Shown piece after piece: positions 54,001 through 64,000 of a stretch of DNA of 64,000 nucleotides. Position numbers and translations under genes: made by a program. Below the pieces are notes generated by a model. It saw only the letters and a list, made by a program, of their open reading frames with translations. It ran no database searches and was not told the origin of the DNA. Origin of the DNA: Paragordius varius (lineage: Eukaryota; Animalia; Nematomorpha). The stretch covers positions 4,216,001 to 4,280,000 of the forward strand of contig OZ176058.1 in assembly GCA_964247055.1 (NCBI GenBank), read 5' to 3'. The number at the start of each line of letters is the position of its first letter. Position 1 is the first letter of the stretch.

Positions 54001-55779
54001 CTTCAATTTAAATTGGAATATCTAAATACCCTATTAACTTGATAAATATTTAAAGCAACGGTTGTAATTTAAATTTATGCCTCTATCCTAATAAAAAGTA
54101 TTATAAATAGTTAAAATATTTAAATAAAATATAGTCCGTATCAAACTACTTCGACGCCATAACCAATTTAATTAAATCTCATTGATAGAAAGATAAAAAG
54201 TTATTTATTTTGTGTTATTTTTAAAATTACACTAGACAACAAATTTTTCTGCCATTCGAATTTTTTGTATTTTTTGATATTTAATATCATTTTAACAGTA
54301 AATCTGAAATGAAAATTATAACTCGTTGGAAGAATATTGTATAAATTGACTTTTTTGATTATACGCCCTCTTTATCAAAATTTTACTAAAAAATGTTTTT
54401 CTTTATAAATATACAAGTAATGCCCATTTGTAATATATCATTCGAAAGAGTATCAAAAACTCTATAAAATGTATACTAATATGTATTACATCGACAGTTA
54501 ATATTGGACACAAAGAACGACAAACGCGCAAAGCGAGAGCATTTTTTCTAATTATTATATTTTTAAAACTAATGGATGAAAATAGCTCAAACTTTGCTTA
54601 GATGGAGATGAATGTCCAAAAAAGAAAACACAAGAAAGTTTTTTTTGATTAAAGCATTTTTTATTGCTTTTATGTCACTCAAAACAGCCATTTTTAAGTT
54701 TGTGTTTTAAAAATTACCATCTCATCAATATTAATTTATTTTCTTTACAAATCTGATAATTTCGAAAATTTAAAGATAATAAAAAAGTTTAATGTATTTT
54801 TAATCTTTTATAGCCATTATGTAGTAAATTTACAGTTATAACTATGCATTTTAGTATCCACTAGGTAAAATATTTATGATAATAAATAATTTTTATTAAA
54901 AAAGCAAATCAAAAGCTTTTCCAAACATTTTTTTTAAATTAAATACTAATATAACCCTAATAATTATATTAAAATAATTTATATGATTTTGAAATTAGTT
55001 TGTCTGTGAAAATTCTTGACTTATTTAAGGATTGAAAATTTTGACCATTTAATTCCAAATAACTTTTACATCCGATATATTTAAATCACTTACTACCATT
55101 TAAAAGATGCAATTTTTTGCGCTCTTTCCAATGATATAAAATACATGGCTTCATATCTAAAACTTTAAATTTTCGAAATTTCGAGTTTAATGTTAAATCG
55201 GGGCCAAAATTTATCGATAAACTCTAATATAAAAAAATTCTTCCATGTAAGACCAATTTTCTTTTCGGATATACTAATTATTTTAATGAAATAAATTTTA
55301 AATTTACAAGAATGGCAGTTAAAAAAAGTTAAAATTTGTTGTCTAGTGTTAGCTGCACACTCATCAGGTTGACTAAATTTTTACCAATATGTTTTACCCT
55401 AAAAATGATATCAAGTATTTTTAATTATTTTTTTTATATTCTGGTTCATTAAGGTTATATAGGGGCAAACTTATGCCATGGTTTTAATTCTTCCATATTT
55501 TTTTTAATATTTAATTTTAAACAGGCAGGGTATCTAACGCACTAATTTCTAACGAAGGACTAAAATTATTGTGCTGTATCCAAGTGTTAAGATATTATTA
55601 GAATACTATTTCTAAATATATGATGCTGAGAATTATTACTTCAAAATTTTAATTTAAAAATTTTTGCTTTCGAATTTTGGTCGATTTTTTTACAAAACCA
55701 TTATAATATGAATTTGAAAACGAACTAATTTTATTTTAATTCTATATAAATGTTCTACTTTAACGAATTATATAAATAA

Positions 55780-56281
55780 ATAGTTTTTATTTTATCTTAA
55801 ATCGTTTTTATACCTTTTCCATTATAACTCAAAATAGTATAAAGTATGCTTTAACAAAGTTCATATAGTTATACATTTTTTCTTAAAAAATTTTCTGATT
55901 TCCAAATCATATATTTAAAATTGTTTTTGCGCCATCCCAGCATTTTTCTTCATTTTAAGAGAACTAGACTAGCCCCTTTTAGAAGGGCAAAAAATTTGCT
56001 ATCGGAACGCACATCTAAAAATTTTAAATCATATTTTGCCTTTTATATGTAGTTTCAAATTTAATTAATGATATTTTTTGGTAAAACATTTAGCTTTTAC
56101 TAAAAAGTTTTAATGTGCGTTAAATTTTGCCATTTTCTAATATAGGCACTTACCACAAAATTGTCATTAACTTTCTAGATAATTTTGGCCAAAACCACAA
56201 GAGCCATGATAATCCTGATACATTTTCCTATCCGGATATATATATATATAATAATCGGTATCATTTTTCAGGGACACCGTG
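55780..56281 (-). mobile_element. Copy 4 of the dispersed Tc1/mariner-like element
   Basis: The minus strand begins TA|CACGGTGTCCCTG, a typical Tc1-type terminus. It has a short (TA)n, ATCAGGATTATCA at 56,219-56,207, and internal homology to copies 3 and 6 down to ~55,780. A possible opposite end is CAGGGTATC at 55,526. Confidence 0.7.
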
Positions 56282-56789
56282 TATATAGACTATATCAAAA
56301 TAAAAGAAAAATATTTTTTAAATAAGGCAATACTTTTTAAATAATTTTACATTAGCGTAAAAAAATAGTCAAATAATGCTGCAGATAAATTGACGTAGTA
56401 GTTTTTTACAAATTTTTCGGAATAGAGGCTTAATATTGTAATTTTTAAATAATTTTTTTAAATTTCTAATTTGTTAAATCTAATCCGAATATTTTAAATA
56501 ACTTAAGCATTACTTAACAAAAACCAAAATGGAATTATTTAGAAATTTTAGTTTTGTAAAGTTATCAAAATTTATATAGTACAATTTTTAATTTTGCGTT
56601 TTAAAATCATTTTTTTCGAATTTAACACTTGATTGCATTTACATTTTTTGTACGGCATTCGTTACACAAAATTTTTATGAATAAAAAGGTAGGCTTCATT
56701 TAAAAAAATATCGTTTTTTTGCCATCTGAATTTGGCGCTTTAGATATAAAATATTTATATCTTTATTTAATACTGGAGGAGGTTTGATG

Positions 56790-56987
56790 TTTAAATTTAA
56801 CCAAAACAACTTTTACAAAGCCGCGAATTTCGCCATTTTATGATATGGGGCAATAACTACAAAAGTGAAAATAACTTCCTATTATCAAAGGGCCAAAATT
56901 AAAAGCACCATGATAATCCTAATGCCTTTTACAATCTTAATAAAACAATTTCATCAGAATATATTTTAACCGATTTTGGGCGCAATG
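56790..56987 (-). mobile_element. Copy 5 of the dispersed Tc1/mariner-like element
   Basis: The minus strand begins TA|CATTGCGCCCAAAATCGG, followed by ATTAGGATTATCATGGTGCTTTTAATTTTGGCC at 56,923-56,891. Confidence 0.65.
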
Positions 56988-57128
56988 TATATAGACAATG
57001 CAAGCTATATAATTTAGATAATTTATTTTTAACTTTGCATACTGTACATAGCTAAATTTTAATTTCCCTTATCAGTTCGTGGATTCAGTGATTTTAGCCG
57101 GCATTTTAGGAAGATAGGAGGAACATCA

Positions 57129-57173
57129 TCTATTCGGGAATTATCTATTATATATAATATGTCATCAACATAA
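57129..57173 (+). repeat. 45-bp perfect direct repeat, left copy
   Basis: TCTATTCGGGAATTATCTATTATATATAATATGTCATCAACATAA is identical to 57,809-57,853; it extends to 53 bp with 2 mismatches. Confidence 0.97.
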
Positions 57174-57185
57174 TAATTTCCAAGA

Positions 57186-57808
57186 AATATGCTCAAAATG
57201 TTTTAATTTTGTTATAAGTATATAGCACTCGAATATTTATCATATAAAGGAATTTCGAAACAAACGCTTAATTCACAATAAAATTATTTTGATTTAAGAA
57301 ATGGGGTTATCAAGTAGATGATACTCAACATTTCTTCATTTATGGTTGTATTGTGATTTACGGTCATAAATTTATTATTTTAATAATTTTATCTCATATT
57401 TTAATTTATAAGTCAAAAAATATTTTTTATAGTTTTAATATATTACCATTACAAATCGCTGTTAAAGGTTTTGAATTAACGTTGGATGTGTTGTCTGTAT
57501 TGCTTGCGGTTTCCTTTTTGGTTTTATTTAAGAAGCTGGAAAATATTGATCGCATACTAAATTTAGTTCCGTGCTCATTACTATCTCTTACTTTTTCAAA
57601 TTGTTCTTCCTCACGAAGATTAGGAAGAGGGGGCTGGCTCTCAGGCTTTTTAGTAAGAAATGTTAAAAATTTCCTTTCCTTCTTGAGTTGTTTCTCATTA
57701 TCCAATGTTATACATTCTTCTTTAGGAGCAGTTAAGGGAAACGTAGTCTTGGACTCTTGAACTGTGATTACTTTTTCTTCGGGGACTAGTATGGTAATAA
57801 ACGATGTG
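57186..57808 (-). pseudogene. 5'-truncated inverted copy of the terminal exon + 3' flank of the gene at 58.0-59.4 kb
   Basis: Reverse complement of ~58,772-59,390. The frame is open from the junction (TSFITILVPEEKVITVQESK...) to the same stop codon (..CNGNILKL*). About 85% amino-acid identity over the last 91 residues, with two in-frame 3-nt indels overall. Confidence 0.9.
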
Positions 57809-57853
57809 TCTATTCGGGAATTATCTATTATATATAATATGTCATCAACATAA
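57809..57853 (+). repeat. 45-bp perfect direct repeat, right copy
   Basis: Identical to 57,129-57,173 and abuts the end of the inverted segment. Confidence 0.97.
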
Positions 57854-58006
57854 CCATTTCCGCTATATGAAAAAATTGGTTGTAAAAACCGGAGAAGGGT
57901 TTTACATTTTTTTTAAGTAGTTGTGTATGGCTTTAAACGTATATTTTCGACCAAAACAATCTTCTCAGTTAATAAAATAAAGTGTAATTAACATTTTAAC
58001 AATTAG

Positions 58007-59149
58007 GAAACGAAACCAAAACGACGCACGCTATTTAATAAGAAACCTAAACAATATATCTCCGCATCCACTTTCATACAATTAAACAACTTTATGAATG
58101 AAGAATCTTCAGAAGCGAAAAATGATACATTTTATAAAATGCTTTTACACCCGAACGAAGCGATAAACACTTCCATAAGGGATTTTTAATTTTAAGTATT
58201 ACGACCGAGAAGATACATAAAGAATACTCAGGGTAATGATTTATTAATATTAAATCTAGACAACGATTGATTTTGTATATGGTATATGTATTTATTCTGC
58301 CATATACATATATCTCTAGATGCGATTTACTTTAATTAGGAATCTATTGATTTTTGCAAATTTTATATAATAGTTAAGAATGTTTTAAGTTTATTTCTTA
58401 TTTATATAGTTCAACCAATCACCAACAAAATAACACTCACACTTTAGGTATATTATTTTCACCACCTATATCACTCCTTTTCAATAACAATGTTATTTTC
58501 AATTATAATTAAAATATTTGATAAACATTAAAAAATCTGAAAATGAGGTATATTCAACAAATTCCTTTATGACACCTATAAGTAGCCAGATTTAGGTTTT
58601 ATTTATTAAAATGTAATATTAATTTAAAACCATAATTAAGACCACCGCTCTTTGATTGAATCCGGGGTTATCTCAATCGAAAAAAATATAAAGTTGTTTC
58701 AACAAAAGTTCCGCAGACGTTCTCCAACAAAAGAAGAAAATAAATCCAATACCAATCACGAATTCAAAACTGCCACATCGTTGCCACCCACCCAAGTGCC
58801 TAAAGAAAAAATAATGACAGTTCAAGAGTCAGAGACTACGCTTCCCTCAACTGCTCCTAAAGAATGTATAACATTGAATAATGAGAAACAGCGTAAGAAG
58901 GAAAGGAAATTTTTATCATTTCGTACTAAAAAGCCTGAGAGCCAGCCCCCTCTTTCTAATCTTCGTGAGGAAGAACAATTTGAAAAAGTAAGAGATAGTA
59001 ATGAGCACGAAAAAAAATTTATGCGATCAGTATTTTCCAGCTTCATAAATAAAACCAAAAAGAAAACCGCAAGCAATACAGACCACACATCCAACGTTAA
59101 TTCAAAACCTTTAACAACGATTTGTAATGGTAATATAATAAAACTATAA
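58007..59149 (+). CDS. Putative 3' part of an unrecognised spliced gene (exons 58,007-58,232; 58,410-58,447; 58,641-59,149), K/E/S/T-rich, probably disordered
   Basis: All three segments have AG acceptors, and the first two have GT donors. The 38-nt middle exon converts phase 2 to phase 1, as needed to join GG|T and G|AC. The terminal exon is open for ~169 codons in very AT-rich DNA. The first exon (ETKPKRRTLFNKKPKQYISAS...) needs one extra T in the T5 run at 58,183-58,187 to stay in frame. No start codon or domain was recognised. Confidence 0.55.
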
Positions 59150-59386
59150 AAAATATTTTTCGACTTATAAATTAAAATATGAGATAAAATTATTAAAATA
59201 GTAAATTTAAAACCGTAATTCACAATACAACCACAAATAAAGAAATGTTGAATATCATCTACTTGATAATCCCATCTCGTAAATCAAAATAATTTCAGTG
59301 TGAATTAAGCGTTTGTTCGAAAATTCCTAATTTGATAAATTTTCGAGTGCTATATACTTATAATAAAATTAAAACATTTTCTCAAC

Positions 59387-59392
<6 letters not shown>

Positions 59393-59431
<39 letters not shown>

Positions 59432-59434
59432 ATA
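59393..59434. repeat. (TA)n microsatellite
   Basis: Directly visible; begins where homology with the inverted copy stops. Confidence 0.95.
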
Positions 59435-60149
59435 ATCTATATTGTTTATGACTTTCTACTGTGTTTAAATAGCTGTTATATTTTTGTTTATTTATTATAT
59501 TTTATACACAGTTAAAATATTTTTACTCTTCTTTCTATTTTTCTAATTATAAAGCTGGTTTTTTTGAGAGTGAACTCATTTTAATCGTTTTGTAAAAGCA
59601 TTAAAATGCTAAATCACCTTATTTTATTAACTTCAATTATCGAGCAACACTATGTTTGAATGCTTTTTTAGCTAATTTAGATCAAAACGTATTTATGTTT
59701 AATTTTATAGCCTATATAAATTGAACCGGTCAGTATACTGGGTGCGTCTTTAAAGTCTGGTCAAAATTTTACAATTTTTTATCATCGGTTCTGAAGCGAG
59801 ATCCTGTGAACGCGCGTTTTTGCCACAATAAATGTTATTAATTAACAAAGTAATAATACTATAAAAGCTCTACTCATTTTTTGTGTTTAATTTCTTTTAT
59901 GTAAAAAAAAATATTGGGACTTACACTACGGAGTTGAAGTTGTATCTTTTTCTCTGCAAAGCCGCTAACATTTTTAGTATCAGGGTGTAATTTTGTGACA
60001 AAACTGGTATTTTCATTCAAGAGCCAATAAATAGATGTCATCGACGAGTTATATGCATTTGGGGTGCATGTTCACTATAGAAACGATACAATACATAAAT
60101 TGAAAATTTTATATAGACAAAACATAATATTAAAAGGCAATTTTGTATG

Positions 60150-60775
60150 GTTGTATTTTAGAAAATAATATTGATCTTTATATTTTTATGTTTTGTCTGT
60201 ATAATTTTAATTTTATTTGTAAATTTTGCTCTCCAAAACCTAACTACAAAATTATCTTAAAAATCCTAGGAGACAACCGTGAGGAATAAGTTTCTCTATA
60301 AAACCGCTAACTGTCGATAATCTACTACTTCAATAATACCAAATTAATCGCAAAAGGAAAAACATAATTTGCCATAAAACCCAATCATATAATAGATTAA
60401 TAAATTGTGTGGCTATCAAGGTTTGAAAAGGTAGTATGGGGGTTTATTAAAACTTTTTGGCTTTTAGTTTTTATGTTAGCGAATATCCATTTTAACCGCC
60501 TTATTTTGTGGCAGTTTTATCACAAAGTATGGCTTTTACAAAAGTAAGTAAAAATATTTTACCGGAGTCTCAACTTTGCAATGATCATCTTTCCATATTA
60601 AACTCAACCGTTGAGGGAGACTATATAGAAATTAAATATAAAATTTACTGATCCTTATCGTATTGAAGCAACATCCCGTGATATGTAACGTTACAACGAT
60701 ATTTTACGGCAACTTCTTTTCGTCTAATTAAATTACGCCACATTGTATCAATTTATTCCGAAAAATATAATTGGA
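60150..60775 (-). pseudogene. Heavily decayed hAT-superfamily (hATm-like) transposase fragment
   Basis: One minus-strand frame gives QLYFSE*ID (~60,773-60,747), AILCDKTATK*GG*NG (60,533-60,486) and ILPFQTLI (~60,437-60,414); KDQYYF lies further downstream. The order resembles my recalled LYFDGRKD...AIGCDGTxxNTGxxNG...NELPFRHLF...SKDQxYL pattern. Many stops are present. Confidence 0.45.
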
Positions 60776-61193
60776 AAAAGTTTAGGATTCGATTGGAGTG
60801 TTGATATAAGATCACCGATAAGAAAGTTTTGTATGTTTGTATTTATAAATAATTTCAGGCAATAATCAAGAGTGGAATAATAGAAAGCATTACGAATTCG
60901 TTATTATTTAATTTTTGAATAATGTTTAGAATTTTTATGATTGTTGTTGTAAAAAAAAAATTATAAATAACCTACACTTTAACAATCAATTTTAATTTTA
61001 CATAAATTTGACCTCATAAAATCTCTTAACGTTAATATATAAATGTTGTAAATAAAATTATATTAATTGAAAATCTTAGATTATATCACAAAATATACCA
61101 TAACCATTAAAGTTTGTAATATTTTGAAAAAACGGACCGTAATGTTTTTTAAAATGCAAATGAAAATCCTAAACCAAGTTAATTTATTTAAGT

Positions 61194-61587
61194 TAGGGGT
61201 GTCCAACACAAGGCCCCCGTTTCTTTTCTTGACTTCGAAAAGTTTGAAAAACCAAATAAAGCAAATACTTAGTTGAGTATGTTAAATACCCTTTAACATA
61301 TATTTTTAGGTATTCGTATCATATACTCCTTAATTTCATAAACACGATTATTTATTCGATATAAATAATATTTTTGGAGCTATTAGATTTAGATAAATAA
61401 CTTAGTTCCTTAAAAGGTTAATTTTGGCAAAAAACAACAATTGGTGTAATAAACATCGCTAATTTCTCAGTCTTATGCTTCAATAAATTATATATTGATA
61501 TCCATAGGTTTGAAGTTTTTGAATGCGTCTCCCCAAAATTTTTGATTCGAAAATGCTGCAAGCGAAACCATTTTTTCCAAACCCCTG
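61194..61587 (+). mobile_element. Degenerate hAT (Charlie-like) MITE, ~394 bp
   Basis: Left end TAGGGGTGTCCAACACAAGGCCCCCG and right end ATGCTGCAAGCGAAACC...TTCCAAACCCCTG. The flanking 8-mers ATTTAAGT/ATTTTATG match only 5 of 8. Confidence 0.5.
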
Positions 61588-61598
61588 ATTTTATGTAA

Positions 61599-61950
61599 CA
61601 CGGATTATTTTTCAAATGGTTATATTCTGATATATAAATGCATCAGGATTATCATAGTGCTCTAGGTTTTGTTTACGACTGATAGAAAGTTGTTTGTATT
61701 TTTGTGGTAAATGCTGGATATCGAAACATCCCAATACTAGCGCACATTATGTCAAATAATTTTTTTGGTAAAAGTTAAATGCTTTGTACAAAAATATCAT
61801 TTAATCGTATGATATATTATATTTAGAAAGCAAAATAATTGTTCAATATATTTTTTTATAAGAAATGTGGGGCTCACCATAATTTTTCGCCCTTTAAATA
61901 CGCAATACTTACGAATACTAGGTTATGGCATCAAAAAACATATTTTTGAA
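61599..61950 (+). mobile_element. Copy 6 of the dispersed Tc1/mariner-like element
   Basis: CACGG start and ATCAGGATTATCA at 61,642. TAGAAAGTT..TTTTGTGGTAA..CGCACATTA..GTAAAAGTTAAATG..AAAAATATCATT is collinear with copy 4. Confidence 0.7.
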
Positions 61951-62038
61951 AAAATGAAGACTGTTTAAAATTTAATTCTTAGCAATATTTGTTGAAGAGA
62001 ACTTCAAACGTTTTGGAAAACGGCATAACGCCTTAAGA

Positions 62039-62660
62039 CAGGTATCGGCAACCTTTTTTGGGATCCGTTTTTAAAATAGAAAATTTTAGGAGGCCCTACG
62101 TTTGATAATATAAAAATTGTACTCTATAATATAATAGTTTATTAATAAAATGAAAAAAATTATTCTTAACAACATATTAACTTTATAATATTGTCACTAT
62201 GATTAAGCAATTTCGCACTCCATTTTAATTTTAAAAAAGATAACATCCATTTCCTTTAATACTATATTAGTTTATTTATTTTATCCATTTATTAAAAATT
62301 CAATGTCCTTTATGTTCTTCAAAATTCTTGATAATTTAATTTAATATCTGTTGCTTCGATTTCATTCAACCTCGTTCTGTATTTTGATTTAATATATTAA
62401 TCAAAAATTCTGATCTATAACAGTGAAACATGGTTGTCCCTTTGAGCATATTTATATAATTATATGAATATATAGTATTTGGTGAAATTAATAATTAAGT
62501 GCTAAATTTTCTAAAGTTGTCCTTATATATAGGCTGCGTTTCGGCAGGCTTACGGTTAAATTTTAATTTAATCATTAAATATTTTTATATGCTTTGGCAG
62601 GCTGTATAAAAACCACGGTGAGCCAAATTTGACTTACGAGCCCCAGGTTGCCGACCTCTG
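62039..62660 (+). mobile_element. hAT (Charlie-like) MITE, 622 bp, with 8-bp target-site duplication
   Basis: TIRs CAGGTATCGGCAACCT and AGGTTGCCGACCTCTG, with subterminal GAGCC motifs. The flanks CCTTAAGA (62,031-62,038) and CTTTAAGA (62,661-62,668) match 7 of 8. Non-coding interior. Confidence 0.88.
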
Positions 62661-62783
62661 CTTTAAGATATTATAATGTTTAATTAGACGACAATATTAT
62701 ATTGGTTTAACATTGTTTGTTTTTGAAAATTGACGTCAAACCATGAATACAATATTGGATTATTCCAAATATATGATATAGTT

Positions 62784-64000
62784 CAGGAGCCAAAAAACCG
62801 CGGTCGACTTCGTGACCGCAAATTTTCAAACGTGACCGCATAAAAATTCTTAAAAAAATGTAAAAAATATTTTTGCATAGATTTTTATCCAATAATATTA
62901 TAATAAATTTTTGTAAATTTCTTATTATGTTTGAAAATATTTAGTTAAAAATATATATTTAACTAAGTTTTATTATTTTAATAAAATCATATGAATCTTT
63001 CGAATTTAAATCATTAATTTATCTTTAGACAGATTTCAAAAAATAGAAACTATTCCTATAGTGTTAAAAAATTCTAAGATATATCGTTAGAAAATGAATG
63101 GAAAACGATTATATTTTATAACGAAATGATAAATAGTTCGATATGCAGCTCAACAGTAGTTTACCTAAAAAAGCAAATGATTAAAGATATTTTACTAAGC
63201 CTCAAGTGAACTATCAAATTTTCAATTCAGCTATTTTTAATTAATCATTATGAATAGAACAGCTAATACTTACACACTGCATTGTGAAACACAACAAAAA
63301 TAAATATTCCATAATTGCAACTTTTAAAACAGAAACCCTAATAAACAACAATTTATTCAGGACGTAAAAATTTGGAGAGAAAATCCAAATAAAGCTTCTG
63401 AGGTCCTGTTCGAAAATTATGTTGCAAAAAGAACGTTATAATATCAATAAAAAGCTTATCCCTTTCTAGACACCCAATTATGCGGAGAGGTGAGAATAAA
63501 TCAAAATCTTACCGAAATTTTACATGAAAATATTATTTCTTGTTTATTTTTTTGCTTCGAATTGACAAGTCACCCACTATGTTGGTATTGCGCAATTATG
63601 CGTTTTTATATACATCTTATATGACATGTCAGCCTAGATGAGTTATTGACGGTCATACCTCTGCATGAATTTTTAAAATTATATTACAGTTTCTTGTATC
63701 CATAACAACCGACGGAGCTTCAACAATGATTGGATTAAACAATCGGTTCGTAGTTCTTTGCCGCAAATCTCATATAACATTACCAGATTTATGGATTTTT
63801 ATTCCATACATATTCAGGTTTTATGTTCTACAATTATTAAATATTAGCACAAAATGGATATGCTTTGCTTGAAAATAGTAAAAGTTTTTTTTTATTTACA
63901 ATGTGCATTTTTTTGAGCATATCGCATCAAAAAGCAAGATCAAGAAGCGAATTAAGAACTTTTTATTGTGGATATGAATAAAAAATAGATATGTTTGTAG
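62784..64000 (+). mobile_element. Decayed autonomous hAT element (SPIN/Charlie/GTF2IRD2-type transposase), truncated by the window end
   Basis: Probable left end CAGG.. at 62,784 with CCGCGGTCGAC and two CGTGACCGCA subterminal repeats. Frameshifted transposase blocks follow in the expected order: NEWK..IF (~63,090), FTKP, EVLFENY (~63,400), IDKS/VGIAQLCVFI (~63,560-63,610), ELLTVIPLHE, LVSITTDGASTMIG (DG at 63,711-63,716), IHIQVLCS, KIVK. Confidence 0.85.

Noticed and set aside
57076-57173. Possible upstream exon (AG|..RGFSDFSRHFRKIGGTSSIRELS..) interrupted by the DR-flanked insertion
   Set aside because: There is a stop inside the direct repeat, no clear donor and no recognisable motif, so it cannot be supported without transcript data.
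57353-59223. ORFs 57,353-57,760(+) and 58,822-59,223(-) as bidirectional coding
   Set aside because: They are the antisense frames of the two exon copies and resemble each other only because the DNA is duplicated. There is no independent splice or start evidence.
59730-59830. Mariner-like terminus TATACTGGGTGCGTC with a nearby GC-richer patch
   Set aside because: No matching opposite end, TSD or coding remnant was found; too little to call.
61067-62892. Short ORFs 61,067-61,276(+), 61,418-61,615(-) and 62,707-62,892(-), and likewise 51,638-51,823(-)
   Set aside because: These are 60-70-codon AT-rich frames overlapping MITE or palindrome sequence, with no recognisable motifs.
63361-63489. 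Apparent host-gene exon (AG|DVKIWRENPNKASEVLFENY...GE|GT)
   Set aside because: EVLFENY lies in the correct order among the hAT transposase blocks, so the splice-like ends are probably coincidental.

Overview
AT-rich eukaryotic (animal-type) genomic DNA; nothing here looks prokaryotic. Bases 1 to ~47,509 are one uninterrupted satellite array. Its ~82-bp monomer is built from four ~20-21-bp subunits. The array has two alternative 13-nt modules, a 61-bp deletion variant, kb-scale higher-order duplications (~2.6, 4.1-4.5, 6.9-7.1 and 3.2 kb) and a decaying right edge. The remaining 16.5 kb is a rearranged, transposon-rich flank that the ORF track largely misses. It contains: (i) an intron-containing receptor tyrosine kinase pseudogene (+) converging on an intron-containing PSMD7/Rpn8 pseudogene (-); (ii) a ~950-bp nested palindrome inside the PSMD7 intron, carrying receptor-like (EGF-end/transmembrane) exon remnants and a triplicated junction; (iii) at least six copies of a Tc1/mariner-like dispersed element; (iv) an unrecognised three-exon gene fragment whose last exon has a nearby inverted copy bracketed by a perfect 45-bp direct repeat; (v) several hAT-superfamily elements. 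All alignments, translations and counts were done by eye, so coordinates described as approximate may be off by tens of bases. No database search was run.
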